Source: an uncultured Candidatus Rokubacteria bacterium (GTDB lineage Bacteria > Methylomirabilota > Methylomirabilia > Rokubacteriales > DASRDR01). From it: a stretch of 64,000 nucleotides of DNA. Under the pieces are notes generated by a model. That model saw nothing but the letters and a program-made list of their open reading frames with translations, ran no database searches and was not told where the DNA came from. Positions 1 to 9,879 of this stretch are shown one piece after another (the first letter of the stretch is position 1; each line of letters begins with the position of its first letter). Made by a program: the position numbers and the translations under genes. Location of the stretch: NCBI GenBank assembly GCA_963826115.1, contig CAWGVS010000006.1:896001-960000 (forward strand), written 5' to 3'.

Positions 1-1
1 C

Positions 2-589
2 GTGGACGGGAACGCCGTCGCTCCGGAGACCGCGCGCCGGGTGGGTGCGATCGTCGGCGCCGCGGGCGCCGAGCTGGTCGACGGCGGCATCATCGGCCCG
101 CCGCCTCACGAGGCCGGGAAGACCCGCCTGTACCTGTCGGGCCCACGCGCCCGCGAGGTGGCGGGGCTCTTCAAGGGGACCGCGCTCGAGGCGATCGTGA
201 TGCCGGGCGACGTCGGGGCGGCCTCGGCGCTCAAGATGGCCTACGCCGCGTGGACGAAGGGGTCGAGCGCGCTCCTGATCGCCGTGCGCGCGCTCGCGAT
301 CCACGAGGGGATCGACGGCGACCTCCGGGCCGAGTGGGAGCGCTCCCAGCCCGGTCTCGGCGCGCGCTCCGAGTCGGCCGTCGCCGGCACCGCGAGGAAG
401 GCGTGGCGCTTCGTGGGGGAGATGGAGGAGATCGCCCGGACGTTCGCGGCGGCCGGCCTGCCCCCGGGCTTCCACCAGGCGTGCGCCGCGCTCTACGGCG
501 GCCTCGACCGCTACAAGGACGCTCCGACGGCGCCCACGGTCGTCGAGGCGGCCACGGCCCTCGCCGGGCCGGGCGGGCGCCGGCCCTAG
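2..589 (+). CDS. NAD(P)-dependent oxidoreductase, 6PGD/3-hydroxyisobutyrate dehydrogenase-like with DUF1932 C-terminus (5' truncated by window)
   Basis: VDGGIIGPPP, ASALKMAYAAWTKG, AWRFVGEMEEIA motifs typical of the family. Confidence 0.75.
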   Translation: MDGNAVAPETARRVGAIVGAAGAELVDGGIIGPPPHEAGKTRLYLSGPRAREVAGLFKGTALEAIVMPGDVGAASALKMAYAAWTKGSSALLIAVRALAIHEGIDGDLRAEWERSQPGLGARSESAVAGTARKAWRFVGEMEEIARTFAAAGLPPGFHQACAALYGGLDRYKDAPTAPTVVEAATALAGPGGRRP

Positions 590-1206
590 GTGCCGAAGAG
601 CCGGTCGCCGAAGTCGCCGAGGCCCGGCAGGATGAACTTCCGGGCGTTCAGCTCGCGGTCGATCGCCGCCGTGTAGACGGTGGCGTCCGGCACCGCCGCC
701 TTCAGGTGGGCGAGTCCCTCCGGCGCCGCGACGATCGAGAGGAGCCGGACGCGCCGGGCGCCGAGCTCGGCGAGGCCCTCGATGGCCATCGCGGCCGACC
801 CGCCCGTGGCCAGCATGGGATCCAGCAGGAAGACGGACGCGTCGGCGAGGTCCTTCGGCACCTTCTCGTAGTAGCAGCGCGCCACCGCCGTCCGCTCGTC
901 GCGCTCGAGACCGAAGTAGCCGACCTGGGCCTGCGGGACCAGCTCGAGGAGCGCGTCGAGCATCCCCAGTCCCGCCCGCAGCACGGGCACCGCCACCACG
1001 CGCGCCGCGAGCCGCCGCACGGTCGCGCGCTCGAGCGGCGTCTCGACCGTGGTCTCGGCGAGGGGAAGGTCCCGCGTCGCCTCCGCGACCAGAACCAGGC
1101 TCACCCGGTGGGCGAGCTGGCGGAAGACGTCGCAGGGGGTGTCGCGGTCCCGGAGCGAGGCCAGGACGTTCTCGACCAGCGGGTGACGGACGACGTGGAC
1201 GTCCAC
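586..1206 (-). CDS. upp: uracil phosphoribosyltransferase
   Basis: VPVLRAGLGM, LDPMLATGGS PRPP loop, ILPGLGDFGDRLFGT C-terminus. Confidence 0.95.
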   Translation of the reverse strand: MDVHVVRHPLVENVLASLRDRDTPCDVFRQLAHRVSLVLVAEATRDLPLAETTVETPLERATVRRLAARVVAVPVLRAGLGMLDALLELVPQAQVGYFGLERDERTAVARCYYEKVPKDLADASVFLLDPMLATGGSAAMAIEGLAELGARRVRLLSIVAAPEGLAHLKAAVPDATVYTAAIDRELNARKFILPGLGDFGDRLFGT

Positions 1207-1216
1207 GCTCTCGACC

Positions 1217-2557
1217 TTACTCCATCGGGCCGATCCGGCGCAGCACCGGGGGGCCGGGCGGCCCGGCGGGCCCGTCGCCGACCGGAACGGCCAGCCGGAC
1301 CACCGCGGCGGCCTCGACCGCGTCGGCCATGGAGCGCGCGTGGACGACCGCGAGCGGCCGGTCCGCGCCGACCGGCTCCCCGGGACCCTGCACGTCCGCG
1401 AGGCCGACCGCGGAGTCGACGGCGTCCCCGGCGCGGCGCCGCCCGCCGCCCAGCGCCACGACCGCGAGGCCGAGGAGCCGCGCGTCCACCCGCAGGACGA
1501 CGCCGTCGCGGTCCGGCACGACGGGGAACCGCACCGGTGCCAGCTCGAGGTGGCGATCGGGATGCTCCAGGAGGTCGCTGGGACCGCCGAGCGCCACGAC
1601 CATCCGCGCGAAGCGCTCCGCCGCCGCGCCGGACTCGAGCGCCCGCTCGACCGGCCCGGAGGCCTCCGCGTGGTCGCGGGCGAGACCGCCCAGCACCAGC
1701 ATCTCCCGGGCGAGCGCGGCCGTGACGGCGTGGAGGCGAAGCTCGCGGCGGTGGCCGGTCAGGAAGTCGATGGCCTCCCGGATCTCGAGCGCGTTCCCCA
1801 CGTCGTGTCCGAGCGCCTGGTTCATGTCCGTCAGCAGCGCGACCGTCCGCAGGCCCGCGTCCGCGGCCACGGTGACCAGGCTCTCGGCGAGCGCCTGCGC
1901 GCTCTCGACCGACCCCGCGAAGGCACCCGTGCCCACCTTCACGTCCATGACCAGGGCGTCGAGGCCGGCGGCGAGCTTCTTCGAGAGGATCGACGCGGTG
2001 ATGAGCGGCACCGAGTCGACGGTGGCCGTGACGTCGCGGATCGCGTAGAGCCGCCGGTCCGCCGGGGCGAGCTCCGCGGTCTGCCCGACGATGGCGCAGC
2101 CGGCCTCCTTCACGGTCTTGCGGAAGCGGGCGAGGTCGGGCGCCACGTCGTAGCCGGGGATGCTGGCGAGCTTGTCGAGCGTGCCGCCCGTGTGGCCGAG
2201 CGCGCGACCGGAGATCATCGGCACGAAGGCGCCGCACGCCGCGACCAGCGGGGCGAGCACCAGGCTCACGGTGTCGCCCACGCCGCCGGTGGAGTGCTTG
2301 TCGAGGACCGGACCGTCGAGGCCGGCCCGGGACCAGTCGAGGACGAGGCCCGACCTCGCCATGGAGCGGGTGAGCGCCGCGCACTCCTCCCACGTCATCC
2401 CGCGGAAGTAGACGGCCATGGCGAAGGCGCCGACCTGGGCGTCGCTCACCGAGCCGTCGACGATCCCGCCGACGAGCGCCCCGATCTCGTCGGGGGTGAG
2501 CACCCCGCCGTCCCGCTTGTGGCGGATGAGCTCCGAGGGCACGGGCGGGCCGGTCAC
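1217..2557 (-). CDS. deoA: thymidine/pyrimidine-nucleoside phosphorylase
   Basis: DKHSTGGVGD, SGRALGHTGGTLDKL, YAIRDVTATV, SILSKKLA motifs; start placed at GTG 2557 where the family-like sequence begins. Confidence 0.92.
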   Translation of the reverse strand: MTGPPVPSELIRHKRDGGVLTPDEIGALVGGIVDGSVSDAQVGAFAMAVYFRGMTWEECAALTRSMARSGLVLDWSRAGLDGPVLDKHSTGGVGDTVSLVLAPLVAACGAFVPMISGRALGHTGGTLDKLASIPGYDVAPDLARFRKTVKEAGCAIVGQTAELAPADRRLYAIRDVTATVDSVPLITASILSKKLAAGLDALVMDVKVGTGAFAGSVESAQALAESLVTVAADAGLRTVALLTDMNQALGHDVGNALEIREAIDFLTGHRRELRLHAVTAALAREMLVLGGLARDHAEASGPVERALESGAAAERFARMVVALGGPSDLLEHPDRHLELAPVRFPVVPDRDGVVLRVDARLLGLAVVALGGGRRRAGDAVDSAVGLADVQGPGEPVGADRPLAVVHARSMADAVEAAAVVRLAVPVGDGPAGPPGPPVLRRIGPME

Positions 2558-2577
2558 CGTGGGTCGCTCCGCGCGCC

Positions 2578-3018
2578 TCAAGCCCCGGGCGATCCGTCGC
2601 CCGGGCGGAGGGGACCGAGGGAGTCGCGGCCGAACGCCAGCGGCAGGAGCTCGCCCAGGCTGACGGTGACGCGCACGCCTTCGGGGCCCGCGAGGTGGAC
2701 GGGCACGTCCGCGCCCGCGAACTCGGCCAGCTGCTGGCGACAGCGGCCGCAGGGCGAGCAGAGCTGGGCGCCCTCGGTCGCGACCAGCACCTCGACGATC
2801 TCGCGGTCGCCGGCGGTGACCATCGCGCCGATGGCGCTCGCCTCGGCGCACTGGCCGACGGGGTAGGCGGAGTTCTCCACGTTGCATCCCGCGTAGAGCC
2901 GACCGCTCGCCGCGCGGAGGCAGGCGCCGACGCGGAAGCGCGAGTAAGGCGCGTGCGCGTGGGCGAGGGCCCGCCGCGCGAGGTCCAGCATGCCTTCGAA
3001 CGCGCGTGTCACGGTCAC
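2578..3018 (-). CDS. cdd: cytidine deaminase (homotetrameric type)
   Basis: APYSRFRVGA, NVENSAYP, CAE and SPCGRCRQ zinc motifs; GGAGGGGG RBS before GTG 3018. Confidence 0.92.
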   Translation of the reverse strand: MTVTRAFEGMLDLARRALAHAHAPYSRFRVGACLRAASGRLYAGCNVENSAYPVGQCAEASAIGAMVTAGDREIVEVLVATEGAQLCSPCGRCRQQLAEFAGADVPVHLAGPEGVRVTVSLGELLPLAFGRDSLGPLRPGDGSPGA

Positions 3019-3069
3019 GTGTCCCCCTCCATGGTAGTGATGCGACATCCCGACCTCGGCGAAGAGGCG

Positions 3070-3236
3070 CCGGGCCTCCGACTCCTGTCGTGGAGCGCGC
3101 GGGCCAGGAGACCCTTGCCCGTCCCTGTCTCGCCCTGGATCAAGAGGGGCGGGCGTCGCCCGCGGTCGGGCTGTCCGGGCAGCCGCTCTACCTGAGCCCG
3201 CACGGCTGCCATCTGGGGGCTCGCTCCCAGGAGGAT
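3070..3236 (-). pseudogene. N-terminal relic of a sigma54-interacting AAA+ transcriptional activator
   Basis: ILLGASPQMAAVRAQVERL...LLIQGETGTGKGLLARALH (bEBP Walker A); similarity stops immediately after, no GAFTGA. Confidence 0.7.
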
Positions 3237-3557
3237 GCCAGTCCCGGGCGTCGGGCGGCATGTTACCCCGGAACGTCAGCGAGTGGCTGATTTCGGCCCG
3301 CCGCAGAGACCGACTGGTTGGGCGGAGAGACGTAAATAGCTGTATTTTCGAAATAGGATGCCACCCGTTGTTGGCATCTCGTTGCCACTCGCGTCCGTTC
3401 GACATGGACGGAGCACCGCTGCGGTCAGAGTTCCTTGACGTAGGGGACGCCGATGGCGCGCCGCGACCCGTGAGCCGCGCATCCGCTGGTCGAAAATCGA
3501 CCTCTCCAACCACGACGTGCTCGGCATGGCGCTCACTCCCACGAAGGAGGGTTACCA

Positions 3558-4361
3558 GTGAATTTCCGCCGATGCCTGCTCTTCCTGCTCCCGCTGGCGC
3601 TCGGCCTGCTACTTACCGCCACCCTCGCATTGGCCGAGACCGTCAATTGCACGGCGATCACCTCGGTGCCGTTCACGATCAGCGCTGCGGGTATCTACTG
3701 TCTGACCAAGGACTTGGACTACACCACCGGTAGCGCGGCCGCCGCCATCCAGATCGACGAGAGCCACGTCGTGCTGGACCTCAATGGATGGACGCTGAAG
3801 GGCGAATCGACCTACGGGGTCGCCGCGGGACCCGATGTGCGTCACGTCACCGTGAAGAACGGCACGATCCGAGGATTCCTGACCGGCGTGTATCTGGGAA
3901 ACGCCTACGATTCGGATTCCGGACGAACCTCGGGCGCGGTGGTGGAGTCGCTTCACGTCCTGGGGCCGTCGCGGGACACCCCGTCCGCGCCCCAGGGCAT
4001 TCTGGTCGGCCGCGGCGCGATCGTCCGGCGCAACGTGGTCACCGACCTGACGTTCACCCAGGAGAAGCAGGCCTATTCGGTCATCGGGATCCACGCCGGA
4101 CACGGGACCCGAGTGATCGAGAACGACATCATGCGGATCCGGGCGGTGGGGAGCTCGGCCGTCTGGGCCAACGCGGTCGGTATCTATCTGGAGAACGGCG
4201 CGATCGCGGTCGAGAACCGGATCTCCGACGTGTCGTCACCGGCCAGCGCGTTCGGGATCTCGTGTCTGCCATCCACGCCGATGTCCAGGATCCGGGGGAA
4301 CATCGTGATGTCGGCGGCGACGTCGTACACGGGGTGCAAGGACCTCGGAAACAACGACTGA
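3558..4361 (+). CDS. secreted right-handed parallel beta-helix protein
   Basis: AAGGAGG RBS, signal peptide ending ALA-E, CTAITSVPFTISAAGIYCL and VVLDLNGWTL, repeated G-I/V and N-x-I/V turns. Confidence 0.7.
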   Translation: MNFRRCLLFLLPLALGLLLTATLALAETVNCTAITSVPFTISAAGIYCLTKDLDYTTGSAAAAIQIDESHVVLDLNGWTLKGESTYGVAAGPDVRHVTVKNGTIRGFLTGVYLGNAYDSDSGRTSGAVVESLHVLGPSRDTPSAPQGILVGRGAIVRRNVVTDLTFTQEKQAYSVIGIHAGHGTRVIENDIMRIRAVGSSAVWANAVGIYLENGAIAVENRISDVSSPASAFGISCLPSTPMSRIRGNIVMSAATSYTGCKDLGNND

Positions 4362-4417
4362 CACGGGACGCCGCGAGGCGGGGATACCGAGTCGCGCGCC
4401 GGGCCCCCTGGCGGCGG

Positions 4418-5392
4418 TCAGCGCTCCTTCACGTAGGGAACGCCGATGGCCCGCGGCGCGACCGCGCGCCCGACGAAGCCGGCCAGGAGGCACACCGTCA
4501 AGACGTAGGGGATCGCCTGGATGAGCTGGACCGGGACCACGCCGACGACGGGCAGGGGCGTGCCCTGGAGCCGGATCTGGACCACGTCGGCGAAGGCGAA
4601 GAGGAGGCACGCCAGGAGGGTCGGCACCGGGCGCCACTGGCCGAAGATGAGCGCGGCGAGCGAGAGGTAGCCCTTGCCCGCCGACATGTCTCGGATGAAC
4701 CCGGAGTGATGCGCGATGGAAAGGTACGCTCCCGCCAGCCCGCAGAGGACGCCGCCCGCCGCGAGCGCCTTGTAGCGGGTCGCGGCGACGGAGATGCCGG
4801 CGGTGTCGACCGCGCCTGGGTTCTCGCCGACCGCGCGGAGGCGCAGGCCGAAGCGCGTCCGGTAGACGAGCCACGCCACGACCGGGGCCGCGACCGCCGC
4901 CATGTACACGAGCGCGTTGTGGCCGCTCACGACCTCCGTGTACAGGAGGCCGAGGATGGGGACGCCCGCGAGGCTCGTCGCGCCCGGCAGCGCGATGGGC
5001 CCGAAGCGCGCGGTGTCGGCGAGAAGCGGCGTCTGGCCGCCCTGCTGGAACCACGCGAAGCCGAGGACCACCGTCAGGCCCGACATCAGGATGTTGAGCG
5101 CCATGCCCGACACGACCTGGTTGCCGTGGTAGGTGACGCTGGCGAGGCCGTGGACCATGGCCAGCGCGACCGCCGCGGCAACGCCGGCGCCGAGCCCGAG
5201 CCACGCCGAGCCCGTGACGGCCGCGGTCGCGGCCGCGGCGAACGCCGCCGCCAGCATCTTGCCCTCGAGCCCGATGTCGACCACGCCGGAGCGCTCCGCG
5301 AACAGGCCGCCGAGCGCCGCGAGGACCAGGGGCGCGGCCTCGCGCACCGTCGCCGCGGCGAGGAGCGCCACGAGGAGGACGGCGTCGTTCAC
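4418..5392 (-). CDS. nucleoside ABC transporter permease (NupC/YufQ-like)
   Basis: ERSGVVDIGLEG, LRLRAVGENPGAVDTAGISV, AGKGYLSLAALIFG; GTG start overlaps upstream stop. Confidence 0.88.
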   Translation of the reverse strand: MNDAVLLVALLAAATVREAAPLVLAALGGLFAERSGVVDIGLEGKMLAAAFAAAATAAVTGSAWLGLGAGVAAAVALAMVHGLASVTYHGNQVVSGMALNILMSGLTVVLGFAWFQQGGQTPLLADTARFGPIALPGATSLAGVPILGLLYTEVVSGHNALVYMAAVAAPVVAWLVYRTRFGLRLRAVGENPGAVDTAGISVAATRYKALAAGGVLCGLAGAYLSIAHHSGFIRDMSAGKGYLSLAALIFGQWRPVPTLLACLLFAFADVVQIRLQGTPLPVVGVVPVQLIQAIPYVLTVCLLAGFVGRAVAPRAIGVPYVKER

Positions 5393-5853
5393 CGGGGCCG
5401 CGCCGTGTCCACCGCGCGATGCCGCGTGCCGCGGGCGGGCGTGATGAAGAGGAGGTCGCTCGGCCGGCGGACCACGAGCCGGTGCCACGTCCCGCGCGGG
5501 ACGAGACAGGCCTGGCCGCCCCGGAGGGGGAAGCGGCGCTCGCCGCGAGGCTCCTCGAGAATCACCTGGAGCGCGCCGGTCACGAGGTAGAGAAGCTCGT
5601 CGCCGGCCGGGTGCATCTCCCACTCGTCCGCGTGGAAGTCGGCGGGCACGGCGCCGTGCTTCATTCCCACCAGGCGGTCCCGGTCGGTCGTTCGGAGCCG
5701 CCGGAAGACACCGCGCGTCCACGCGATCGGGAGCGCCCGGCCGTTCCCCCGGAGGCGTACCAGCGTGGCGAACGGATCGAACGCCGGCCGGCGGGCGCGC
5801 GGGCGCGCCCGTCCCGCGCCTGCGCGAGACCGCGCGGAGCCGGCGCCCGTCAT
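5389..5853 (-). CDS. cupin domain protein
   Basis: WEMHPAGDELLYLVTG and VPRGTWH cupin metal motifs; coupled to neighbours by ATGA/GTGA overlaps. Confidence 0.8.
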   Translation of the reverse strand: MTGAGSARSRAGAGRARPRARRPAFDPFATLVRLRGNGRALPIAWTRGVFRRLRTTDRDRLVGMKHGAVPADFHADEWEMHPAGDELLYLVTGALQVILEEPRGERRFPLRGGQACLVPRGTWHRLVVRRPSDLLFITPARGTRHRAVDTARPR

Positions 5854-6182
5854 GCGCGCCGCGCCTCCTGGGCCTCGGTCACGACGGCGGTCCCGTAGCA
5901 GAGGACCTCCGCGGCTCCGACCATGGGGCCGGTGTCGTAGCGGACGCCGACGACCGCGTTGGCGCCGAGCTCCCGCGCGTGCGCCACCATCAGCCGGAAG
6001 GACTCGTCGCGGGCGGTCTCGCAGAGGTCGGTGAAGATCCCGGCCCGGCCGCCGAAGAGCATCCGCAGGCTGCCGAGGATGGTGACCGGGAGGGACCGCG
6101 TCCGGACCGTGAGCCCCCGGACCAGCCCGAGACACCTGACGGTCCGGGCGCCCGGTACCTCGAACGTCGTGCTCGTCAGCAT
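5850..6182 (-). CDS. YbjQ/UPF0145 family protein
   Basis: LGLVRG, A..LGANAVVGVRYD, EVLCYGTAV. Confidence 0.88.
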   Translation of the reverse strand: MLTSTTFEVPGARTVRCLGLVRGLTVRTRSLPVTILGSLRMLFGGRAGIFTDLCETARDESFRLMVAHARELGANAVVGVRYDTGPMVGAAEVLCYGTAVVTEAQEARRA

Positions 6183-6198
6183 GATGCCTCCTGTCCGG

Positions 6199-7323
6199 TC
6201 AGGTCCCCTGGGACCGCGCCGGCCGGCGGAACAGGGCCTCGATCGGTCCGCGGAGCGCGTACTCGAGCGCGCCGCAGACGAGGATGATCAGGCCCTGGAT
6301 GACGACGACCATGTCCCGGGTCAGCTTGGGCATGTCGAACGACAGCTCGGATCCGCCCTGGTAGAGCGCGCCGAACAGCACGGCGGCCAGCACGATGCCC
6401 GCCGGGTGGTTGCGCCCCATCAGCGAGACGGCGATGCCGACGTAGCCGGCGCCGCCAACGAAGTTGAGGAGCAGGCGGTGCTGGACGCCGGTGATCTCGT
6501 TCAGGCTCACGAGCCCCGCCAGCGCGCCCGAGATCGACATGGCGACGATGATCGTGCGGGCGGGCGAGATGCCCGCATAGACCGCGGCCGTCTCGTTGAG
6601 GCCGAGGGCGCGCAGCTCGTACCCCCAGCGTGTGTGCCAGAGGTAGAACCAGACGAGCACGCATGCCGCGAGGGCGAAGACCGCCGACAGGTTGAGCGGC
6701 GACCGCCCGATCTCCACCCCGACCGCGCGGAGGACCTCGTGGACCTGCGGGAGCCAGGTGTTCGGATCGAACTCCCGCGTTTCCGGCGACTGCTGCCCCG
6801 GCTTGATGAGGACGTTCACGAGGAGGTGCGTCATGACCGCGGCCGCGATGAAGTTGAACATGATCGTCGTGATCACGACGTGGCTGCCGCGCCGGGCCTG
6901 GAGCCACGCCGGCACGAACGCCCACGCGGCGCCGCCGGCCGCCGCCACGACGATCGTGGCCGGGATGACCAGGAGCGTCGGCCAGCCCCCCGCGCCGAGA
7001 CAGAGGAGCGCCACGCCGAGGCCGGCGATGTAGGCCTGGCCCTCGGCGCCGATGTTGAAGAGCCCGCCGTGGAACGCCACGGCGACCGCGAGCCCCGTGA
7101 ACACGAAGTTCGTCGCGTAGTAGAGCGTGTAGCCGATGGCCTCCGCGTTGCCGAAGGCGCCGGCGGTCAGGAGCCTGAGCGCGCGCACGGGGTTCTCGCC
7201 CACCAGGAGCACGACCACCCCCGACAGGAGGAGCGCCAGGGCGAGGTTCGCGGCGGGCACGAGCGCGACGCTCACCCAGGCGGGCGGCCGCCGCGCGATC
7301 CCGGAGGTGGCCGGCGCCTTCAC
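6199..7323 (-). CDS. nucleoside ABC transporter permease (NupB/YufP-like)
   Basis: GLFNIGAEGQ, VITTIMFNFIA, GYELRALGLNETAAVYAGI, GRNHPAGI. Confidence 0.88.
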   Translation of the reverse strand: MKAPATSGIARRPPAWVSVALVPAANLALALLLSGVVVLLVGENPVRALRLLTAGAFGNAEAIGYTLYYATNFVFTGLAVAVAFHGGLFNIGAEGQAYIAGLGVALLCLGAGGWPTLLVIPATIVVAAAGGAAWAFVPAWLQARRGSHVVITTIMFNFIAAAVMTHLLVNVLIKPGQQSPETREFDPNTWLPQVHEVLRAVGVEIGRSPLNLSAVFALAACVLVWFYLWHTRWGYELRALGLNETAAVYAGISPARTIIVAMSISGALAGLVSLNEITGVQHRLLLNFVGGAGYVGIAVSLMGRNHPAGIVLAAVLFGALYQGGSELSFDMPKLTRDMVVVIQGLIILVCGALEYALRGPIEALFRRPARSQGT

Positions 7324-8897
7324 GGAGTCGACGCGCTCTCGGCCGTCGCCGGCACGCCGGCCATCATGAGGCCGATCTCGCGCTCGGTGGCGGTCGCCTG
7401 CGGCACCTCGCCCACGATGCGCCCGTCGTGCATCACCAGGATGCGGTCGGAGAGCGCCAGGATCTCGTCGAGCTCGACGGAGACCAGGAGGATCGCCTTC
7501 CCGGCGTCGCGGAGCGCGACCAGGCGCCGGTGGATGAACTCGATCGCGCCGATGTCCACCCCGCGCGTGGGCTGCCCGACGAGGAGGAGGTCGGGATTCC
7601 GGTCGAGCTCGCGGGCCAGCACGATCTTCTGCTGGTTGCCGCCCGAGAAGGCCGACGTGGGGAGGCTGCCGTCCCCCGGGCGGACGTCGTACTCCGCCGC
7701 CTGACGGCGGAAGCCCGACGCGACCGCGCCCCGGCGCAGGCGGAGGCGGCGGTTGTACGTCGGCTCGTCGTGGTAGCCGAGGATCGCGCTCTCGCGGGCC
7801 GTGAAGGGGATGACGAGGCCCGTCCGCTGCCGGTCCTCGGGCACGTGGGAGAGCCCGAGCCAGCGCATGCCCCGGGGCGAGCGCGTCTTCTCGTCGGTGA
7901 TGTCCTGGCCCCGCCAGCGGATCCGGCCCGACTTCACGGGGTGGATGCCGGCCAGCGCCTCGAGGAGCTCCGACTGGCCGTTGCCGGCGACGCCGGCGAT
8001 CCCGACGATCTCGCCGCGCCGGACCGCGAAGCTCACGCCCTTCACGCGCGTCACGCCGAGCCCGTCCTCGACGACGAGGTCAGAGACCTCCAGGACGGGC
8101 TGCCCGGGTCGAGCGGGCGTCTTGTCGACGCGCAGGCTCACGCGGCGGCCCACCATCATCTCCGCGAGCTGCTCGGCCGTCGTCTCGGCGGTCGGCAGGG
8201 TCGCGACGATCTGCCCCTGGCGCATCACCGTGACCGTGTCCGTGACCTCGCGGATCTCGCGGAGCTTGTGCGTGATCAGGACCACGGTCTTGCCCTCGCC
8301 GCGGAGCGCGCGGAGGATGCGGAAGAGGTGGTCCGCCTCCTGGGGCGTGAGGACGGCGGTCGGCTCGTCGAGGATGAGGACGTCGGCGCCCCGGTAGAGC
8401 GCCTTCAGGATCTCGACGCGCTGCCGCTGGCCCACGCCGAGGTCGCCGACGCGCGCGTCCAGGTCCACCTCGAGGTGGTACTCCCGGCCGAGCCGGAGGA
8501 GCTCGGCCCGTGCGCGCGCGAGTCCGCGCCGCAGGAGGAAGCCGCCCTCCACGCCGAGCACGACGTTCTCCACCACCGTGAACGGCTCCACGAGCATGAA
8601 GTGCTGGTGGACCATGCCGATGCCCGCCGCGAGCGCGTCCTGTGGGCTCCGGATGGCCGCCGGCTGCCCGCGCACCAGGATCTCGCCCTGGTCGGGCAGG
8701 TGATACCCGTACAGGATCCCCATCAGGGTGGACTTGCCCGCGCCGTTCTCGCCGACGATGCCGTGGACGGTGCCGGGCCGGATGGCGAGCGAGACGTCGC
8801 GGTTCGCGTGGACCGCGCCGAACCACTTGTGAATGCCGCGAAGCTCGATGACGGGCGGCGGCGACCCGCCGCTCGAAACCATCGCGCGGTCAGACAC
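7320..8897 (-). CDS. nucleoside/sugar ABC transporter ATP-binding protein (tandem ABC domains)
   Basis: GENGAGKST, MVHQHFML, LILDEPT, SGGNQQK, QPTRGVD; start may be the ATG 15 nt downstream. Confidence 0.92.
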   Translation of the reverse strand: MSDRAMVSSGGSPPPVIELRGIHKWFGAVHANRDVSLAIRPGTVHGIVGENGAGKSTLMGILYGYHLPDQGEILVRGQPAAIRSPQDALAAGIGMVHQHFMLVEPFTVVENVVLGVEGGFLLRRGLARARAELLRLGREYHLEVDLDARVGDLGVGQRQRVEILKALYRGADVLILDEPTAVLTPQEADHLFRILRALRGEGKTVVLITHKLREIREVTDTVTVMRQGQIVATLPTAETTAEQLAEMMVGRRVSLRVDKTPARPGQPVLEVSDLVVEDGLGVTRVKGVSFAVRRGEIVGIAGVAGNGQSELLEALAGIHPVKSGRIRWRGQDITDEKTRSPRGMRWLGLSHVPEDRQRTGLVIPFTARESAILGYHDEPTYNRRLRLRRGAVASGFRRQAAEYDVRPGDGSLPTSAFSGGNQQKIVLARELDRNPDLLLVGQPTRGVDIGAIEFIHRRLVALRDAGKAILLVSVELDEILALSDRILVMHDGRIVGEVPQATATEREIGLMMAGVPATAESASTP

Positions 8898-9379
8898 TAT
8901 CGCGTGAACTCCTGTCGGAATTCGTCTCGGGTCATGATGCGAGTCTTGAACTCTCGTTCCAGCTGCTCGCGCCTGCCGGCCCGAACGAAGCCTCGCATGT
9001 CGTTCGTCACGAAGATGTGTCTGCCCGCCTGCACGTGTGCGCAGAAGATCATCGCGTCGCGCAGCTGGCGGCGCTGACCGTCCGTCAGACTCGAGCGTTG
9101 CCCGGCTGGCGGGAAGCTCCCGGCGCTGATGATAGCCAGTACCCCTTCGAGACAGTCACTACTGGCGGGATCCCCCCACGTGGCGTTGCCCCACTGAGAT
9201 TCGCCCCATACGGCGGTTTCGACAGTACGTTTCACAGATGTTGGTGCCGCTCGCTGGGCAAGGCCTCCGACTTCGCGGTCCGTGACTGAGACGATGGAAA
9301 ACTCGAGCTCGGCGGGGCGCACTGCGGCAAGTAGATCGTCAATCGGGAGGACATTCGTGTCGACTGTTACGAGAAGTAC
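8897..9379 (-). CDS. PIN-like domain protein (start codon uncertain)
   Basis: VTVDTNV first strand, RDAMI and IFVTND acidic motifs; GGAGG precedes GTA at 9379; lower GC. Confidence 0.55.
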   Translation of the reverse strand, partial: VLLVTVDTNVLPIDDLLAAVRPAELEFSIVSVTDREVGGLAQRAAPTSVKRTVETAVWGESQWGNATWGDPASSDCLEGVLAIISAGSFPPAGQRSSLTDGQRRQLRDAMIFCAHVQAGRHIFVTNDMRGFVRAGRREQLEREFKTRIMTRDEFRQEFTR

Positions 9380-9398
9380 GCTCGCCTCCGCGGTGCTG

Positions 9399-9653
9399 CT
9401 AGCCAAGGATCTGGTCGTAGTCCGAGTGGCTGCCGATCCAGAACCACACGAGGCCATCGGCGGCTTCGACCGCGAGTGCTCGATGACGATTTCCAACGCG
9501 AGCAGACCAGAAACGACCCACCTTCTTGAAGTGAAGGGAAGGATGGTGCGGGTCGTGCTTCAAGTGGGCATAGGATCGATCGGCGAGCTTTTGGACCTCC
9601 GGCGACAGCGATCGGTAGCAGGCCCAGAAATCGGGTGACGCGTGGTGAGTCAG
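9399..9653 (-). CDS. ParE/RelE-like type II toxin (84 aa, CTG start, absent from ORF track)
   Basis: Hand translation: LTHHASPDFWACYRSLSPEVQKLADRSYAHLKHDPHHPSLHFKKVGRFWSARVGNRHRALAVEAADGLVWFWIGSHSDYDQILG; HPSLHFKK and WIGSHxxYD are family motifs. Confidence 0.85.
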   Translation of the reverse strand: MTHHASPDFWACYRSLSPEVQKLADRSYAHLKHDPHHPSLHFKKVGRFWSARVGNRHRALAVEAADGLVWFWIGSHSDYDQILG

Positions 9654-9850
9654 AAGGGCTTGGTCTTCCCGGCTGCGTGGTCACGAAGGGCTTTGTCGGC
9701 AAGGCGATCCAGCTTGCCAGCCTGGACGTCACGCTCGAGCTGACGGTCCCACTCGGCCCAGTCGTACTCCAGAAACCAGGCCCGAAATTGCGCAAGCTCC
9801 TCGGGAGAGAGCGCCCGGACGTCCTGCTCGATCCTTTCGACGTTGCCCAT
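9650..9850 (-). CDS. putative antitoxin of the ParE-like toxin
   Basis: 66 aa, WDRQLERDVQAGKLDRLA motif; stop overlaps the toxin start (CTGA). Confidence 0.78.
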   Translation of the reverse strand: MGNVERIEQDVRALSPEELAQFRAWFLEYDWAEWDRQLERDVQAGKLDRLADKALRDHAAGKTKPF

Positions 9851-9870
9851 GACCGCGTACCGGCACCGCT

Positions 9871-9879
9871 AGTCTAGCA
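9871..9879 (-). promoter_or_regulatory. extended -10 promoter (TGcTAGACT) for the TA cassette
   Basis: TGnTAnnnT match 20 nt upstream of antitoxin ATG. Confidence 0.4.

Noticed and set aside
3372-3385. Possible sigma54 promoter TGGCATCTCGTTGC before the beta-helix gene
   Set aside because: GG to GC spacing is 9 nt, not the required 10.
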